NCBI GenBank assembly: GCA_002633005.1
Contig: NMRA01000064.1
Span: 605,895 to 669,894, forward strand
Source of the DNA: Phoronis australis
Taxonomy: Eukaryota > Animalia > Phoronida
Direction: 5' to 3'
Length of the DNA stretch: 64,000 nt
Each line of letters opens with the position of its first letter. Position 1 is the first letter of the stretch. The notes under the pieces are model-generated. The model did no database searches and was not told where the DNA came from. It saw nothing but the letters and a program-made list of their open reading frames with translations. Positions 15,601 through 28,373 of the stretch are shown in pieces. The position numbers and the translations under genes are program-made.

Positions 15601-18600
15601 ATGTGTTGTCGATTTAATTTTCTGTAAGGATAGATCATTGGTGTGTATTGACCCGTTTAGTATTTTAAGTCTTCTCTGACCAAATGTTTTATTGTCATTG
15701 TGTGTTGCAGAACCGGGATCATTTGAATTTGCTAAACCTAGCTTGCTGTTTAAAGAGAGTGCAGGCAAGGCACTGATTCCGATACAGAGGAGCAACGGTG
15801 CTGATGGCCGTATATCTGTATCTTGGAAAACAGAAGACATGACTGCCATTAATGGCAAGGACTATGTCGGTGGTGAGGGGACGATTACATTTGAGCATGG
15901 CGAGACGACAAAAATGATTGAAATTGTCATCATCGATGATCAGGTATGTTTGGCGTCGGGTGAGGATTTTGGGTGGGGATGCCAGCGGGTTTCAGGTGGA
16001 GATGTCAGGTGGAGATGTCAGGAGGTGGTGTTAAGTGGAGATTCAGGTGGGGATATCAGGTAGAGATGTCAGTTGGGAGTGTCGGGTGGAGATGTCAGGT
16101 GGGGATTTCAGTTGGAATTGTCAAGTGTGGATGTCAGGTGGAGATGTCAGATGGGGATGTCAGGAGAGGGGTGTCAGGTGGGAATGTCAAGTGGTGTTGT
16201 CCGGTGGGGATGTCACATGAGGGTGTTACATCATTGAAATTCAGATGGTTCTAATAAAACTGAATGTCTGCTGGTGCACAGCGGTGATAACATGATTGTG
16301 TTCTTCAAACAGGCTGCGTGGTCGCTTTGACCGTGTTCTTCAAACAGAGGCTGCGTGGATGCTTTCCTCGTAGTTTTTTTTGCGTAACATGCATGCTAAG
16401 CATTGATTTTTAACTAACATAGAACTTAGCGTTATAACAGTGTGCATGTGTGGGTTCTCTGATGGATGTACTGTGCTCTCATTTTGTTGGTGTCTTTATT
16501 TATGGTGATTCTCTCAAGACATTCACAACGAGGTTTGCACATGAGTTACTCATTTTACTGTGATTTACAAGGGGAGACCATTGCAATAAGCAGTAGATAT
16601 GTTTGACTATGAGCAAGTCAATTTCGCACAGTGGCTTGTTCAAAAATATTCCAATGACCCATTTAATATGACGTGTTCATGTTTCAGACATTTGACACTA
16701 GGATTGAGCATCACTTCCCAGTACTGTTACTGCACATATACCAAAATGAAAAATTAAGATATAGTTTCGAAGTGAAAAGTATTCTGCACCTGAATCCATA
16801 CCTTTAAAACTGAAATAGTGCCTAATTAAATATTTTTATGTGCTTTATTTTCTCTTGAAACTAAACCAGCGTAAAATCGAACTCATATTCGCCAAGTGGT
16901 GCCATAATTTCTGTTTACGTTGTGATCACTGCTTTTTTCTGAAGGTCAACAAGTGTGCAGTAGGCTGTTGCAGACTTGCTTTTGAAAACAAAATCTTTAA
17001 TGATGTAAGGTTTTAAAAATACAAAAGAAGTTGGGAATATCCGTCTTATATTCATATTATTGTGACTGGAATATAATAATCATATGGTGGCCATGTTTAA
17101 TAACTACCGAAAATGTGACGAAAATATGACTTGTGAGTTTTACACGTGAACTGCTGCTAACCAAGCTCACTAAAAAAATGTCGGCAGCGAGACTATCAAA
17201 AGTTTGGGCTCATTTGCCATTTAAATTAAAAAGATGACTTTTGTGTTTTTTGTACTGGCACTTAAGGTTTTGAGGTCAAAACTGATGGACATTCAAATCG
17301 TAAAATTAACACCCCTTCGGTACGCTGTAATAAATCATATAGTTAAAGCCCCGGGCAGGGGGGGGGCACTTACACAGGGGAGGTAATGCCAGGTATACGC
17401 AGGACATGATGCTCACTGCAAATGGGTGAAGGATTTTTCACAACCAGGTACTTTAAGTTTTTAGATTAGATTTCTTACAAAGGGGTTTGATTTTTGGGTT
17501 GGCACTATACTCAAGTGTCCATTTTTGCAATCTTACAAATAAGCATTCTGTAGGGTTTAAACCACTGGGTATAATAATGGGGGGAAATATCGACAGAAGA
17601 ACGTTTTTTTTGTAGAAGCTCTATCAAATGGAGCCCTTTTAATAATATTTACTCTCTAAAAGCCTACTAGTAGGTTTCAACTCAACAGGTGGCCCTGTAC
17701 GTGTGCTGTATTAGCTTGTTCGAGCCACAGGATGCTCACCCCTCTGTACAGTCAGACATTAATTGTTCTATCGCCAGGATTTTGAGTGATAGCTTAACTG
17801 ACCAATCAACGCAGCATTCTTGACACACCTTTATTTCCAAGCCGCCACTTTACCCAACAAAGAACACGTTATCGGGTAAAACTTATTGTTTGTTTGTTGA
17901 CTTTCCACAAGGGTGCGGAGTTTGCAATAGGTCAATTACAAGAATACCTGACCGTACATGTTGTCTTTTTAAGAAAGTCCCTCCCCCATTAAGACTTGAT
18001 GTTTAAGTTGAAGATATCACATGCTCATGTATTACTGCTGTTGCTCATTGTTTGATCACTGAGTTCTTAAACACTCGCTTTGTATTTTGCACTTTCTCTC
18101 AGAAAAAGAAAGGCGGAAAGGTAACGCTCCACTTTACCATTGGTGTCAATGGCACCCTTCTTGGTGTTCATGTTTTGGTGTAGATGTGAGCCTTGCCCAT
18201 CTTTTTAGGGGATAACCTTGCGACAGATTTACACATTTCTAAAAAGCACTCCTTTGAGCACCACAATTTTTCTGATACTTACAACGTGCATGAGCTCTTC
18301 AAGGGTAAGTGCTGAGGTTGCTAGCTCAAAGGTTTGCACTTTACAAGCCGTTACGACCAGTCTTAATACTAAACTCTCTTGTAAAACCCTTCCTCCCAGT
18401 GAGAAGGGATTTTTTGTGGAAATTACATTGCATGCTGTCTTTCAACATATGAATTCTCTTGATGATGACATCAGCATAACAGGTATGATAAATATTCTGT
18501 CAGTTTGTGTGAAACATGGTGCAAAATTGAAAAAAATGCATGCTTACAGTGAGAGTTTTTCTCAAAAACGTTAAAAAATGCATTGCATTATAAGGGTGAC

Positions 18601-21600
18601 TGAGTTTTATTCCTGGTTACAGAACCTTTTGAGAATGTGTTACCACAGCATAACATCTAATGCTTTGTGTGGTTTCATTTTGTAGTATGATTCTAAATGA
18701 AAATTCCAACATTGAAAAGAGTTTCGCTCCCAAGTGAAGTAAAATGTGGGACCCACTTTGACATACTCTTAGTGTAATGGCCGTGAAGCAAACCACAACT
18801 CTTTTCACATTGGATGCAAGTTTCATCCACGTAGAAGTTTTAGTCTCCAGGGTTCAGTTAATTCCGAATGTACATGTTACTGCTTTTGTTGCTTCTCTGT
18901 TTTGTGCATGTAAATGAGACGGACCTATATGTTGGGTAAATGGTAAAACTGTTGTTGGTTGGCTGCTGGTTATGGTTGTATAAGCCTCAGTGCTCCACCC
19001 TGCATGCCATGGTCTCAGTCAAGGCTTTTAATTGCCCGCTTTAACAGTAAGCATTTCCTAACTGGGTGGAACCAGCTGTGTAGATTTTATAAATGAGGAT
19101 ACGAAAGCCGAGTTATCAAGGTAAAGTAGAATAGGAGGAGTCTGCCATGATCACAGCACTGTCATGTCCCCCTTTTCTGTCTTCAGCAACTTTACATCGT
19201 CTATCTTTTTGTGCTCATGTAGATTTCCATGCTCCAATTTAGATGTCTCTGTGGTGCATAATTTATGTTGTTGCTGATTAAGGTTTGCACGCACTGTTGT
19301 GTCGTATAAACACTTACTGACATTTATCACACAATATGCGATTTATTCTCAGAGCCTGTTTAACATGCTCTGTTCAGCAAACGTGTAGTTGAGATTTTAG
19401 AGGGTTGCACTTATTACCAGTCTAGGGTTTGTTTATAATCTCAGTTTTGCATAACTTTCGTCACTGATTTGTGTGTCCAAAAATTTATGTTTTTGTTTTG
19501 ACTTAATTTCACTGTAACAATGTGCGGAATATTTTGGTTGAGGAGGTGGCCAGTGCACTTTCACAGACTCGTTATAGGTTGGCTCACCTCCTTCACCTCA
19601 AACACAGTGCTGGTTCAAACAGGTGATGTATCATGTATGTGTTGGTGTGTTATTGGTCATGTGTTGCCGTCATCTTTACAGGATACTGAGAAAGACGAGT
19701 GTTTCAAGATTGAACTCTGTGACCCCACAGGTGGCGCTCAGCTCGGACGAATAAAAAAGAGCATCATCACAATTGTGAATGATGATGGTGAGAGTAATTT
19801 ATTGAGTGAACCGGGGACATTGCAGATATGTCTATAGAAAGAATTGCACGCTTTGAAAACGGCGTAAATTCCGTCGCCTTGGTCCAGTTAATTTTCATAC
19901 AGTTATCTCTATTTAATTTTGCTCTTTGCATCAACATTACTATGGTGAGGTTACAATTTCCACAAAAAAATAATCTAGAATGAGTGGTCACAATTCGCTG
20001 GTCCCACTGGATTTTCAGTTGTTGAAAAAATCCAACTGCGTGCAGACTGTGCAGATTGGATTCATCTTAAATGTCATTCTATTGAATTGTGTAACTATGT
20101 AACATGGAACTGATAGTCATAGTTTGTTGCATTTAGTGATGCTGGAAATTACCACTGTTTGGTATCACAGTTATGACTGAGTATAGATTGTAGAGAGAAA
20201 TAATTCATTGGTACTGTAAAAGACAAAAGTAATCGGACAAAGTACTGTTTTCCTGTCATGACGGCTAATTTAGTTAACAGAAGAATTATGGATAATAACT
20301 ATTATTGGAGTCATATTCTAATTACAAAATGGCGTAGAAACCTTGGTAACTTTCCCCTTATTTTCGCTTCATTTTCGGTCATGGGGGAACACTACTTTGA
20401 GAATGAATTTGGCTTCCGCCCAGCTGTCACATTGGGGTATTCGAGGTCACTTTCTCTGAATACTCTTGTCTTGTAGTTTAAATCCAGGAGCGCAAGGGCA
20501 CTGGGTCCATTTTCATCTTTTTGTCAAATTAGCACACAATGTTATCACTAAGGGGAAAAGTTGCCTGAATATTTCTATTTTGTCATTGATAATAGTCAGA
20601 TATAACCTGCCTCCATTTTGAGAACATTTTTGTCCCCTGAATAACGGTCATCAAATTGGTTCTCCAAGTGTGGCCATGTTTTATCTGGCTATTGCCTTGT
20701 CATTGGTGTTGATGGAAATAAGCGCGGGTATTTGCGAATATGGTTGAGAGAGTAAAACATTTTGATTCTCCCACCAGAGTTCAATGGTATGGTTTCGCGT
20801 CTTGTGAACTTGACAAACATGAACGTAGATGCACTGAGAGTCGGCACTGCCACCTGGCAGGACCAGTTCCGCAATGCCATGAATGTCAACGGTGGTGATG
20901 TGGACACAGCGACATCTCTTGACTATTTGCTGCATTTTCTCACGTTTGGTTTCAAGGTACGTCTATTTAGTATTGATCCATTTTTGGTGAATAGTGATTA
21001 TGGTTAACATACTCCAATTTTTGGAAGTTTAATTGCCAAATTTCACGTTTCTCTTTTTTCAAAGGTGGGACTTATTGATGAGGGTTTTATTGTCCTATCT
21101 GTTTAGTTTTTATGCACCCATATGTATTTATGTGTAGGTGCACTATAAGGTCATCCCCGTCCGTCTATTGTCTGACATCCACTGCTGTATCTTAAAAACC
21201 CCTCGATGGAATTCTGCAGACATGGATGAGACAATGTCAGTGAATTTCCAGATGGATCCAACTACCGGTGTGCCCCCTAGTGGCAATTTTATTTTTTGTT
21301 TGCCTCTGTATCTTCGGAGTTCTTTGATGGATTTTCATAAAATTTTGTTTCTATTAAAGAGGTGATGACACCTTCCCATTTTCAGATATATTTGACGTAT
21401 TGTTCGCCACCTCGTGGCCTTATTGTTTTCGAGTCTGGTTTTTGGTATTCATCTCTAACCAACAAACCACTCTAAGGATCATTATGAAAAAATTGGGATC
21501 ATATGTGTTTTTACTGGAAAAAGCACAGCTGACAATGATTTACAGACAGTTCCAACGCCTGTGGTACCCCCTAGTGGGAGTTTTTTCCTGGTCCACGGTT

Positions 21601-24600
21601 GTATTTCCTAATCTTCTTACAGGATTTTTGTTAAATTTGACTGGTGTATTTCTAGGAGTGTGACAATGGATGACGAAAACTTCTGGACAGATTCGATTAC
21701 TGTTGTGGCAATTTCTCGTTTTTACGTTTTATTCTTTGATGGATTTTCATAAAACATGTCAAGTAAATTCTATCAAAAAGACGATAACATCTTTTCCAAT
21801 TTTGATGGATTTGTCATATATACTACCTAATGGCCTCGTTTGTTATTTTTAAGTCTGGTTTTTGGCCTCTGCCTCTCTATCAATTGACCAAATCACTCTA
21901 AGGATCATTATAAAAATTGGCCTAGCAGGACTACTGTGACACCCTCTGGTGGCAATTTCATTTTTTGCCAGTAGCTCATTACAAGTTCCTTGATGGATCA
22001 TAATGAAATTTGGCATGCATATCTGTTGAAGAGATGGATTTGTCTTACGTTGTCCCTCCTAGTGGCCTATCTATTGTTTTGTGTCCTTTGTCGTCTGCCT
22101 CCCTATCCTCCATGATGAAAGGGAGTGGTTGTGTTCCTATTGAGAAGAGCTTCGCTCCCCCCCAGTTGCTGTTATTAAGATTACCACCATTGCTCCTTTT
22201 AACGGGAATGTTTGAAATAATGATCCAGCTCTTATATCTGTGCTGTATGTGATGCACATGGTGGGTGCATATCAACTTTCTGCGTTGCTCTTATTGATGT
22301 TTATTTTTGTCGTGGAAAAGTTGAGGAAATGTTCACTCTTCCATTGTGATGATAACGAGGCATGTAATTTGTGTAAGTTATTTGAGATTATCTCCTACCA
22401 TCATTGCTTAAGTGTTGTTCACCAATTGTAAAGTTGATTTGCAAAACCTCAATAACACAGGGCTTGGAATGACCAATGACAAAAAACGCGGAAACTTTTA
22501 CGGCCCAAAACATGCGCGCTACCCGGCCTTGAAATAGCCGATGTGAACCTTTCGCCGACAAAATTCGGTAGGACTGAAAAAAAAACAAAAAAACATTACC
22601 ACCATCAGTAGCGTGCGTCTGCGTCTTTTTATCTCGTCCATCCACTCCTCCACTCCCATTCGCACACATTTTTGGCTGCAGAGCCGCAGTATTTGTCACC
22701 GCGGTTTACAATCACACGAGACGCCATTGAAAATCCCACCACGCTATACCAGATGCAATGTTGACAATTTACGTTCCTCCGAAACATAAAGAGCAACTTC
22801 CGCTTTTCGAGGTGAACGTCTTCGGCAACGCCGCGGTAAGAAAGGAATTTGCCGCGGAAATTTTATATCATATCCGATTTTTTTTACACGGAAATATAAT
22901 AAAATACGCGGAAAGAACATTTGAAAAAAGCGGAAATCCGCGTTTCCGCGGAAAATTCCAAGCCCTGATAACAACATCAGTCACTAACATCTAAGTTAAA
23001 GTAACGTTTCATCATTCTTGTCAGACACTGAAAGATGAAATATTATCGTATTAACAAGCACAATGATAATGTTAGAATTACATTCATACTTGTTCAACTG
23101 TAATAATGGTTTTGAGTTCCTTAAAATGGTATTTTTCAGGTTGAAGTTTGTTCGTCCAAAATCCTTTTTACTTTTGCCTCATACAAGCTGTACTTCCTCA
23201 TGCATGGTTGTCAAACAAGGAGCGTCTATTTTTGTTATTCCATATGAAGTGCAAGTCCCATTAACTTGACTTTACCTTTGCCCCTTTTCTGTCTCGTTAC
23301 AGGTGATCTTTGCCTGTGTCCCTCCAGCCACCATCTTTGGCGGTTGGTTGGCTTTCTTCTTCGCCCTGGGTATGATCACCATCTTGACTGTTCTAATCAG
23401 CGATCTGNTTCCGCTTTTCGAGGTGAACGTCTTCGGCAACGCCGCGGTAAGAAAGGAATTTGCCGCGGAAATTTTATCATATCCGATTTTTTTTACGCGG
23501 AAATATAATAAAATACGCGGAAAGAACATTTGAAAAAAGCGGAAATCCGCGTTTCCGCGGAAAATTCCAAGCCCTGATAACAACATCAGTCACTAACATC
23601 TTAGTTAAAGTAACGTTTCATCATTCTTGTCAGACACTGAAAGATGGAATATTATCGTATTAACAAGCACAATGATAATGTTAGAATTACATTCATACTT
23701 GTTCAACTGTAATAATGGTTTTGAGTTCCTTAAAATGGTATTTTTCAGGTTGAAGTTTGTTCGTCCAAAATCCTTTTTACTTTTGCCTCATACAAGCTGT
23801 ACTTCCTCATGCATGGTTGTCAAACAAGGAGCGTCTATTTTTGTTATTCCATATGAAGTGCAAGTCCCATTAACTTGACTTTACCTTTGCCCCTTTTCTG
23901 TCTCGTTACAGGTGATCTTTGCCTGTGTCCCTCCAGCCACCATCTTTGGCGGTTGGTTGGCTTTCTTCTTCGCCCTGGGTATGATCACCATCTTGACTGT
24001 TCTAATCAGCGATCTGGCCAGTAACTTTGGATGTCTCATCACGTGCCCTCCCATGATCACCGCCATCACGTTTGTTGCCCTCGGCACCAGTCTACCTGAC
24101 CTCTTTGCCAGGTACGTTTGTCTAGTTGCTATTTGTACCCAAACTAGTCAAAATGCGTATTGATATAATTGTAGTCCTTGCTGTGTTTCCTCCACTCAAT
24201 AACAGCCATTAATTTGGTTGTCAAAGTCTAGAACCCCATGGATATGTGACTACTGCCGGTGTAAACACACTTCTCGTAGCTAAAGTGATAGTACCTTAAA
24301 GTGTGATAGTAGGACAAGTTTTTGGGAAACGTGTTTAATGCCACCTTAAAAAAGGAATAGCCAAATGAATTTGAACTGTTTCCATTACACCTCTACTGTA
24401 TTACCTCTTTTACTATGTGGACTATGTTGCCAAAATATTTGCCACTAATATGCTGTTGGAAAGTGAATTCCCAATCTCCTCGACTTCTCCAGTTTGTGCA
24501 TCTGCCTGTGTGATGGTCGCGTCAACGTCTCTTGCTTCAACAAGAGACATCTCAGTCTCTCTTCTTACATTTCTAAGTGACTAGACCACAAAAACTTGAT

Positions 24601-25701
24601 ATCCATGATATTTACCATTTTTGTACTTTATATATCAAGCCTTCCACAAATAAGTTATTTTGCAATATGCTCAATTTTACTACTCTAACTGTTGAACACC
24701 ATTTCAACAAACCCAGTGTATAAGTTTGGCTCCTTAACAGCGTTCTATTCCACAAATCCCTGAGATTTGTGCAAGTCAAGTTGATTTTTGCAACAAAACA
24801 TTTTATGAATGTTCGCAGGTTTGTTGGCATGTAGTTCAACTCTGTTTGTTTGTGCTACAACTTGTTGTGTAAACTGAAATGTTCATTCATTATAGTAAAC
24901 AAGCGGCAACCAATGAGCCGACAGCAGACAACAGTATCGGTAATGTGACAGGTAGTAACTCTGTCAACGTGTTCTTGGGTCTGGGATTGCCATGGACTAT
25001 AGCAGCCATTGTTTGGGCGGCCAGGGTGAGTTGCGTGTTCAGCTCGGTCAACTGCAGTGCATGCTTAACAATAATTGATTTATTTTCATTTACTGTAGCT
25101 TTTTACGAATCACTATGGGTGTGTGCCCTAGTGACATTTTAGGTTTTCTTTGTGTTTACCTCAATATCTATCAAGTTCATGAAAGTTGGCAAATAAGTTT
25201 CCATGTAGGAGACAATGGCACCTGGCTAGTTTCAGCTTTCATATTAAATACAATTCCCTGAAATTAGCAGCACCAGGAAACATCGACCCTGACTTTTTAA
25301 AAAGTTTGCTCTTAAACTCAGTAACATACTCGGCTCATTGTCCATCCTTTCATGTTTGGGATTTGCAATTTAAACATCCTGGTTGTTTTCCCAGACGAAT
25401 GAAGTAAAACATTGGTGTACAGTACAGTTCCTTCAATCACATCTGCTGTCTTTTTCAGGGTAAATCGTTCCGTGTCGAGGCGGGCTCTCTGGCGTTCAGT
25501 GTTACAATTTACGCTGTTTTTGCTCTTGTCTGTTTGCTCCTCATAGTCATGCGTCGGTACGTTGCGATGTTTGGTGGAGAACTCGGTGGCAACAAAACCC
25601 TCAAGATAATCACCTTCATTTTCATGGCATCGTTGTGGGTACTATACGTCCTACTATCTATTCTAGAAAACTTGAACGTTATTCCTAATCCTATGAAGTA
25701 A
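3690..25701 (+). CDS. SLC8A: Sodium/calcium exchanger (NCX/SLC8 family), 5'-partial, 9 coding exons in window
   Basis: Exons are 3690-3857, 13182-13387, 14851-15080, 15711-15943, 19682-19787, 20778-20956, 23912-24111, 24896-25025 and 25459-25701 (TAA). All are GT-AG bounded and phase-consistent. The protein has [17 protein letters not shown] (NCX catenin-like region), two Calx-beta domains ([14 protein letters not shown]...[17 protein letters not shown]; PGSFEF...GKDY...[13 protein letters not shown]), the alpha-2 repeat [10 protein letters not shown]...[23 protein letters not shown], and the C-terminal GGELGG plus last TM. The N-terminal exons lie before the window. Confidence 0.95.
8046..8476. 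mobile_element. Degenerate MITE, PIF/Harbinger-like
   Basis: Right end ctctggtgtaaatccagcctaa and left end taaagcttcttttacaggagag form an imperfect inverted pair. Internal caact/agttg repeats are present. Confidence 0.4.
8925..9050. repeat. Two-copy tandem duplication (about 70 bp)
   Basis: acatttaga.tat.actgat.gctatt..gctataataaaaatagtgaat.gctt is repeated. Confidence 0.75.
11228..11905. repeat. Local direct duplication of about 175 bp (11228-11400 and about 11721-11905)
   Basis: ttttattgc.catctttccag.gattattattttatctttatgttatctgtacactcatatttct...cttgcgacgcacctattattttt occurs twice. Confidence 0.85.
15264..15500 (-). mobile_element. tRNA-derived SINE-like repeat (copy 2)
   Basis: It shares ggtggtctg..acattgtaccag.cgtg.gcag.cc..gcatgtgggccc.ttgcactgatcacctgg.accatttt with 1601-1829. 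Confidence 0.6.
15955..16216. repeat. Degenerate G-rich minisatellite (about 13-14 bp unit, caggtggagatgt)
   Basis: Repeated gatgtcaggtgg variants directly after the NCX CBD2 exon. Confidence 0.85.
18103..18120 (+). CDS. Candidate alternative 18-nt microexon of NCX (KKKGGK)
   Basis: Sequence is ttcttaaac...tgtattttgcactttctctcAG | AAAAAGAAAGGCGGAAAG | GTaacg. It is frame-preserving in a phase-0 intron. No transcript evidence is available. Confidence 0.5.
21107..22295 (+). mobile_element. Helentron/DINE-1-type non-autonomous element with internal tandem sub-repeats
   Basis: A T-run is followed by TATGCACCCA (21111-21120), a nearby inverted GGTGCA and a gtcc/gtct microsatellite seed. Internal degenerate repeats follow (ctttgatggattttcataaaa, actctaaggatcattat). 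The 3' end has TGGGTGCATA (22262-22271) and a short hairpin caac-tttctgc-gttg. Confidence 0.6.
22458..22967. mobile_element. hAT-like MITE
   Basis: Perfect 13-bp TIR CAGGGCTTGGAAT / ATTCCAAGCCCTG with ataaca on both flanks and subterminal cgcggaaa repeats. Confidence 0.75.
22798..24016. repeat. About 610-bp near-identical tandem duplication across an N (probable assembly/haplotype artefact)
   Basis: 22798-23407 and 23409-24016 are near-identical and separated by a single N at 23408. The first copy holds a truncated duplicate of the NCX exon (23303-23407). Confidence 0.9.
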
Positions 25702-27198
25702 GGCCGACTAGTAATGGGCGTGTTTGTATCGTCATGTGCGCAAGGATATAATATGTAGAAGTTGTATCACAATGTCAAGAGATGTAATGTGAACTTGTGG
25801 TATGGAGCACATGCTGTTTAAATTTTGATATTTTTAAAATGTACGCCGTCACTGACGTGTAGGTAAGATATGACTGTAATATGTCTCACTAAATGTGAAA
25901 TGTTGCATCAATTGGAAGGTTTTCAGGCAAAATACGATGTCATCACTTGGTTACTGGTGACGGGATGTCTAGCTACTGGTTGCAAAACTTGTCTTTTTAT
26001 ATTAGATTCTATTTATTTATTTATCTTGAAATTTTAACTTAGTGTTATTAGTATTCGATTAGTCCTTGTCTCATCTAGGTAATCAAAACTCAAGAGCGAT
26101 AATTTTGTATTAATTTGTCTAAGTTTTATTAATTATTGTTTCTGTAAACACACTGTGCACAAATTGTTTCAATTTTATTGTTATTGAAACTGTTAGGAAA
26201 TTAAACAAGGTGTATGAATGCTGAGAGCAAATATGTCTGCTTCAGTATGATGAGCTCGACAAAATTTAGGAAATACAAATTAACGGAGTGAGCAGATTTT
26301 ATATTTTCTTAAAACAGAAGTCACAGTTCCTTTATTTTGAATTTTTCTGTTTCGATTAATTGTGACTTCCGGCTCTACATTTTCAGCAGTGTAATTAATA
26401 AAGATACTGATGTGATGTTAACAAAATAAATATTGTAATTTATATTTTACTACTTTTCTTATTTCAATGTATTACATAGAGAGATGCTTGTTCTTACATT
26501 ATCGCCTCGCATGTCTTATTTTAGTTTGAAAATCTTGAAGATGTGCTTCAGTTTTGTCTAAATATACTCCCCCAGATCAAATGCTGACATCTTCTGCTTT
26601 CACCAAGCACTCGTGAACCCCCTTGACCCCCCCTGGATCCGCCAGTCCACTTTCACCCAGCACTCATGACTGTTTTGCTAAATCTGAAATTATCTGGCCG
26701 CTTGCACAAGTGCCACAAAAATTGGAGACCAAAAATTTGTCGACAATTTCTGTGCTGTATTTGGTTGAAATTTCGTTGTGAATTTTGCAAGAAGTTGGAC
26801 ACCATTTTGTCTGCAATTTAAATAAATTTCGTTATACCTTCTTAATACTAGAAGCAATGATAGCCGATTAGTTGGTCTCATGCACACTAGAGGGCAGCAG
26901 GTGTCATGTGTACGTCATTGCTTTCAGGTTTTCTGTTGGAAATAGTTACGCAAGTGCTTGTCACATCTCATTCTTCATTGTTACCAATTTTGGTTGCTAG
27001 GGTAGTAATAAGTTGCATCACGCTGAGATAGGATATGTAAGGCTCACAAATATCAAATTTTTCCCTACCAAGTACCACATGCTCTCCAAATTTGATTCAC
27101 GGAGGAGCACATGAACATTACTGCTGGCAAGGAACAAAGTGTTTAAAGGAGGAATAAACCCATCTGTTCAGTATCAATTGCTGGTTAACGGTTACTTT

Positions 27199-27257
27199 GG
27201 GTCATTTGCAGTCCCTATAGGTCATTTGCAGTCACTATGGGTCATTTGCAGTCACTA
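27199..27257. repeat. 20-bp tandem repeat x3
   Basis: Unit is ggtcatttgcagtcactatg. Confidence 0.85.
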
Positions 27258-28116
27258 AGATTAGAAAAGATTTCTAGGCTCAAGAAGATGAAATGCACTG
27301 TTATTTCTTCAGGACTGGCCCATTAAGCGTGTTGTCACCGTGGGTTAAATTTCAGTCACCAAGGCTTCATGGCTGTCACGGGAATCCTAGATAATTGACT
27401 GTGTGCAATTTCCGAATTCTAAGGAAATTAACACTGTGGCATAATATTTGAAGAGCAAAGTTTATGTTTTTTTTTGCAAAAGCGCAGCGTTTAGTTGTTA
27501 CAAATCATTTGTGTTGGATTTATTCGTTTTATGTATAAATCAACCCCATGACAAGACTTAATACAAATACTATGGAATTTTTTGAGGAGACAATGAGAGT
27601 GGTCAGGGCTACACAAAGTGCAACAGGGTGCTAAAACAAGTGTCAACACTTGGTACGGGAATGCCTTTCTTGTTTCTGTTGCTCATGTATCTTAAATTAC
27701 GATTTTGCAGCAATCTAAGTTGAGGGGAAAGTAATATGTAAGGCCATGCATTTCCACTCGTCTTGCTGTCTATCAAGCTTCGACTTCCTCGAGGTTTATC
27801 GAGCTGCAATGTGTGAATAGGAGGAACCAATCACTCCATACTTGTGTGGTATTATTAATCAGATTTGCATCTCAAAAAAGTTCTTTGAAGTTTTGTTAAT
27901 GTAGTCATCACTTATGTCTTAAGTTTGTCACTTTTATTATGTATAGTAAGTATATGTATACTTGGACGACTGCAGGTGTACAGCTACAAACAGAGATATC
28001 CGAGTTGAGTGATATTTACCTCGCGCCATTGTTACCTGCGCATAGAAAGGCAAAACTCACCTTCATGTAAACTACGAGTGTAGTAAACTGCATCAATATA
28101 GTACACACGTCTACAG

Positions 28117-28373
28117 TGAGTTACCGAGATTTGTTATTGGCTACCAAAAATAATGAGTTACCGAGATTTGTTATTGGCTACCAAAAATAATGAGTTACCG
28201 AGATTTGTTATTGGCTACCAAAAATAATGAGTTACCGAAATTTGTTATTGGCTACCAAAAACAATGAGTTACCGAGATTTCTTATTGGCTACCAAAAATA
28301 ATGAGTTACCGAGATTTCTTATTGGCTACCAAAAATGAGTTACCGAAATTTGTTATTGGCTACCAAAAATAAT
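28117..28373. repeat. 37-bp minisatellite x7
   Basis: Unit tgagttaccgagatttgttattggctaccaaaaataa, head-to-tail with no spacers. Confidence 0.95.

Noticed and set aside
15973-16254. Repetitive ORFs (CQVEMSGG...)
   Set aside because: These are translations of an intronic G-rich minisatellite.
23303-23407. Mutually exclusive duplicate NCX exon
   Set aside because: It is truncated at an N, lacks a donor site and is identical to 23912-24016, so an assembly artefact is more likely.
28117-28373. 37-bp repeat as a CRISPR array
   Set aside because: The units are contiguous with no unique spacers, the context is eukaryotic and there are no cas genes.
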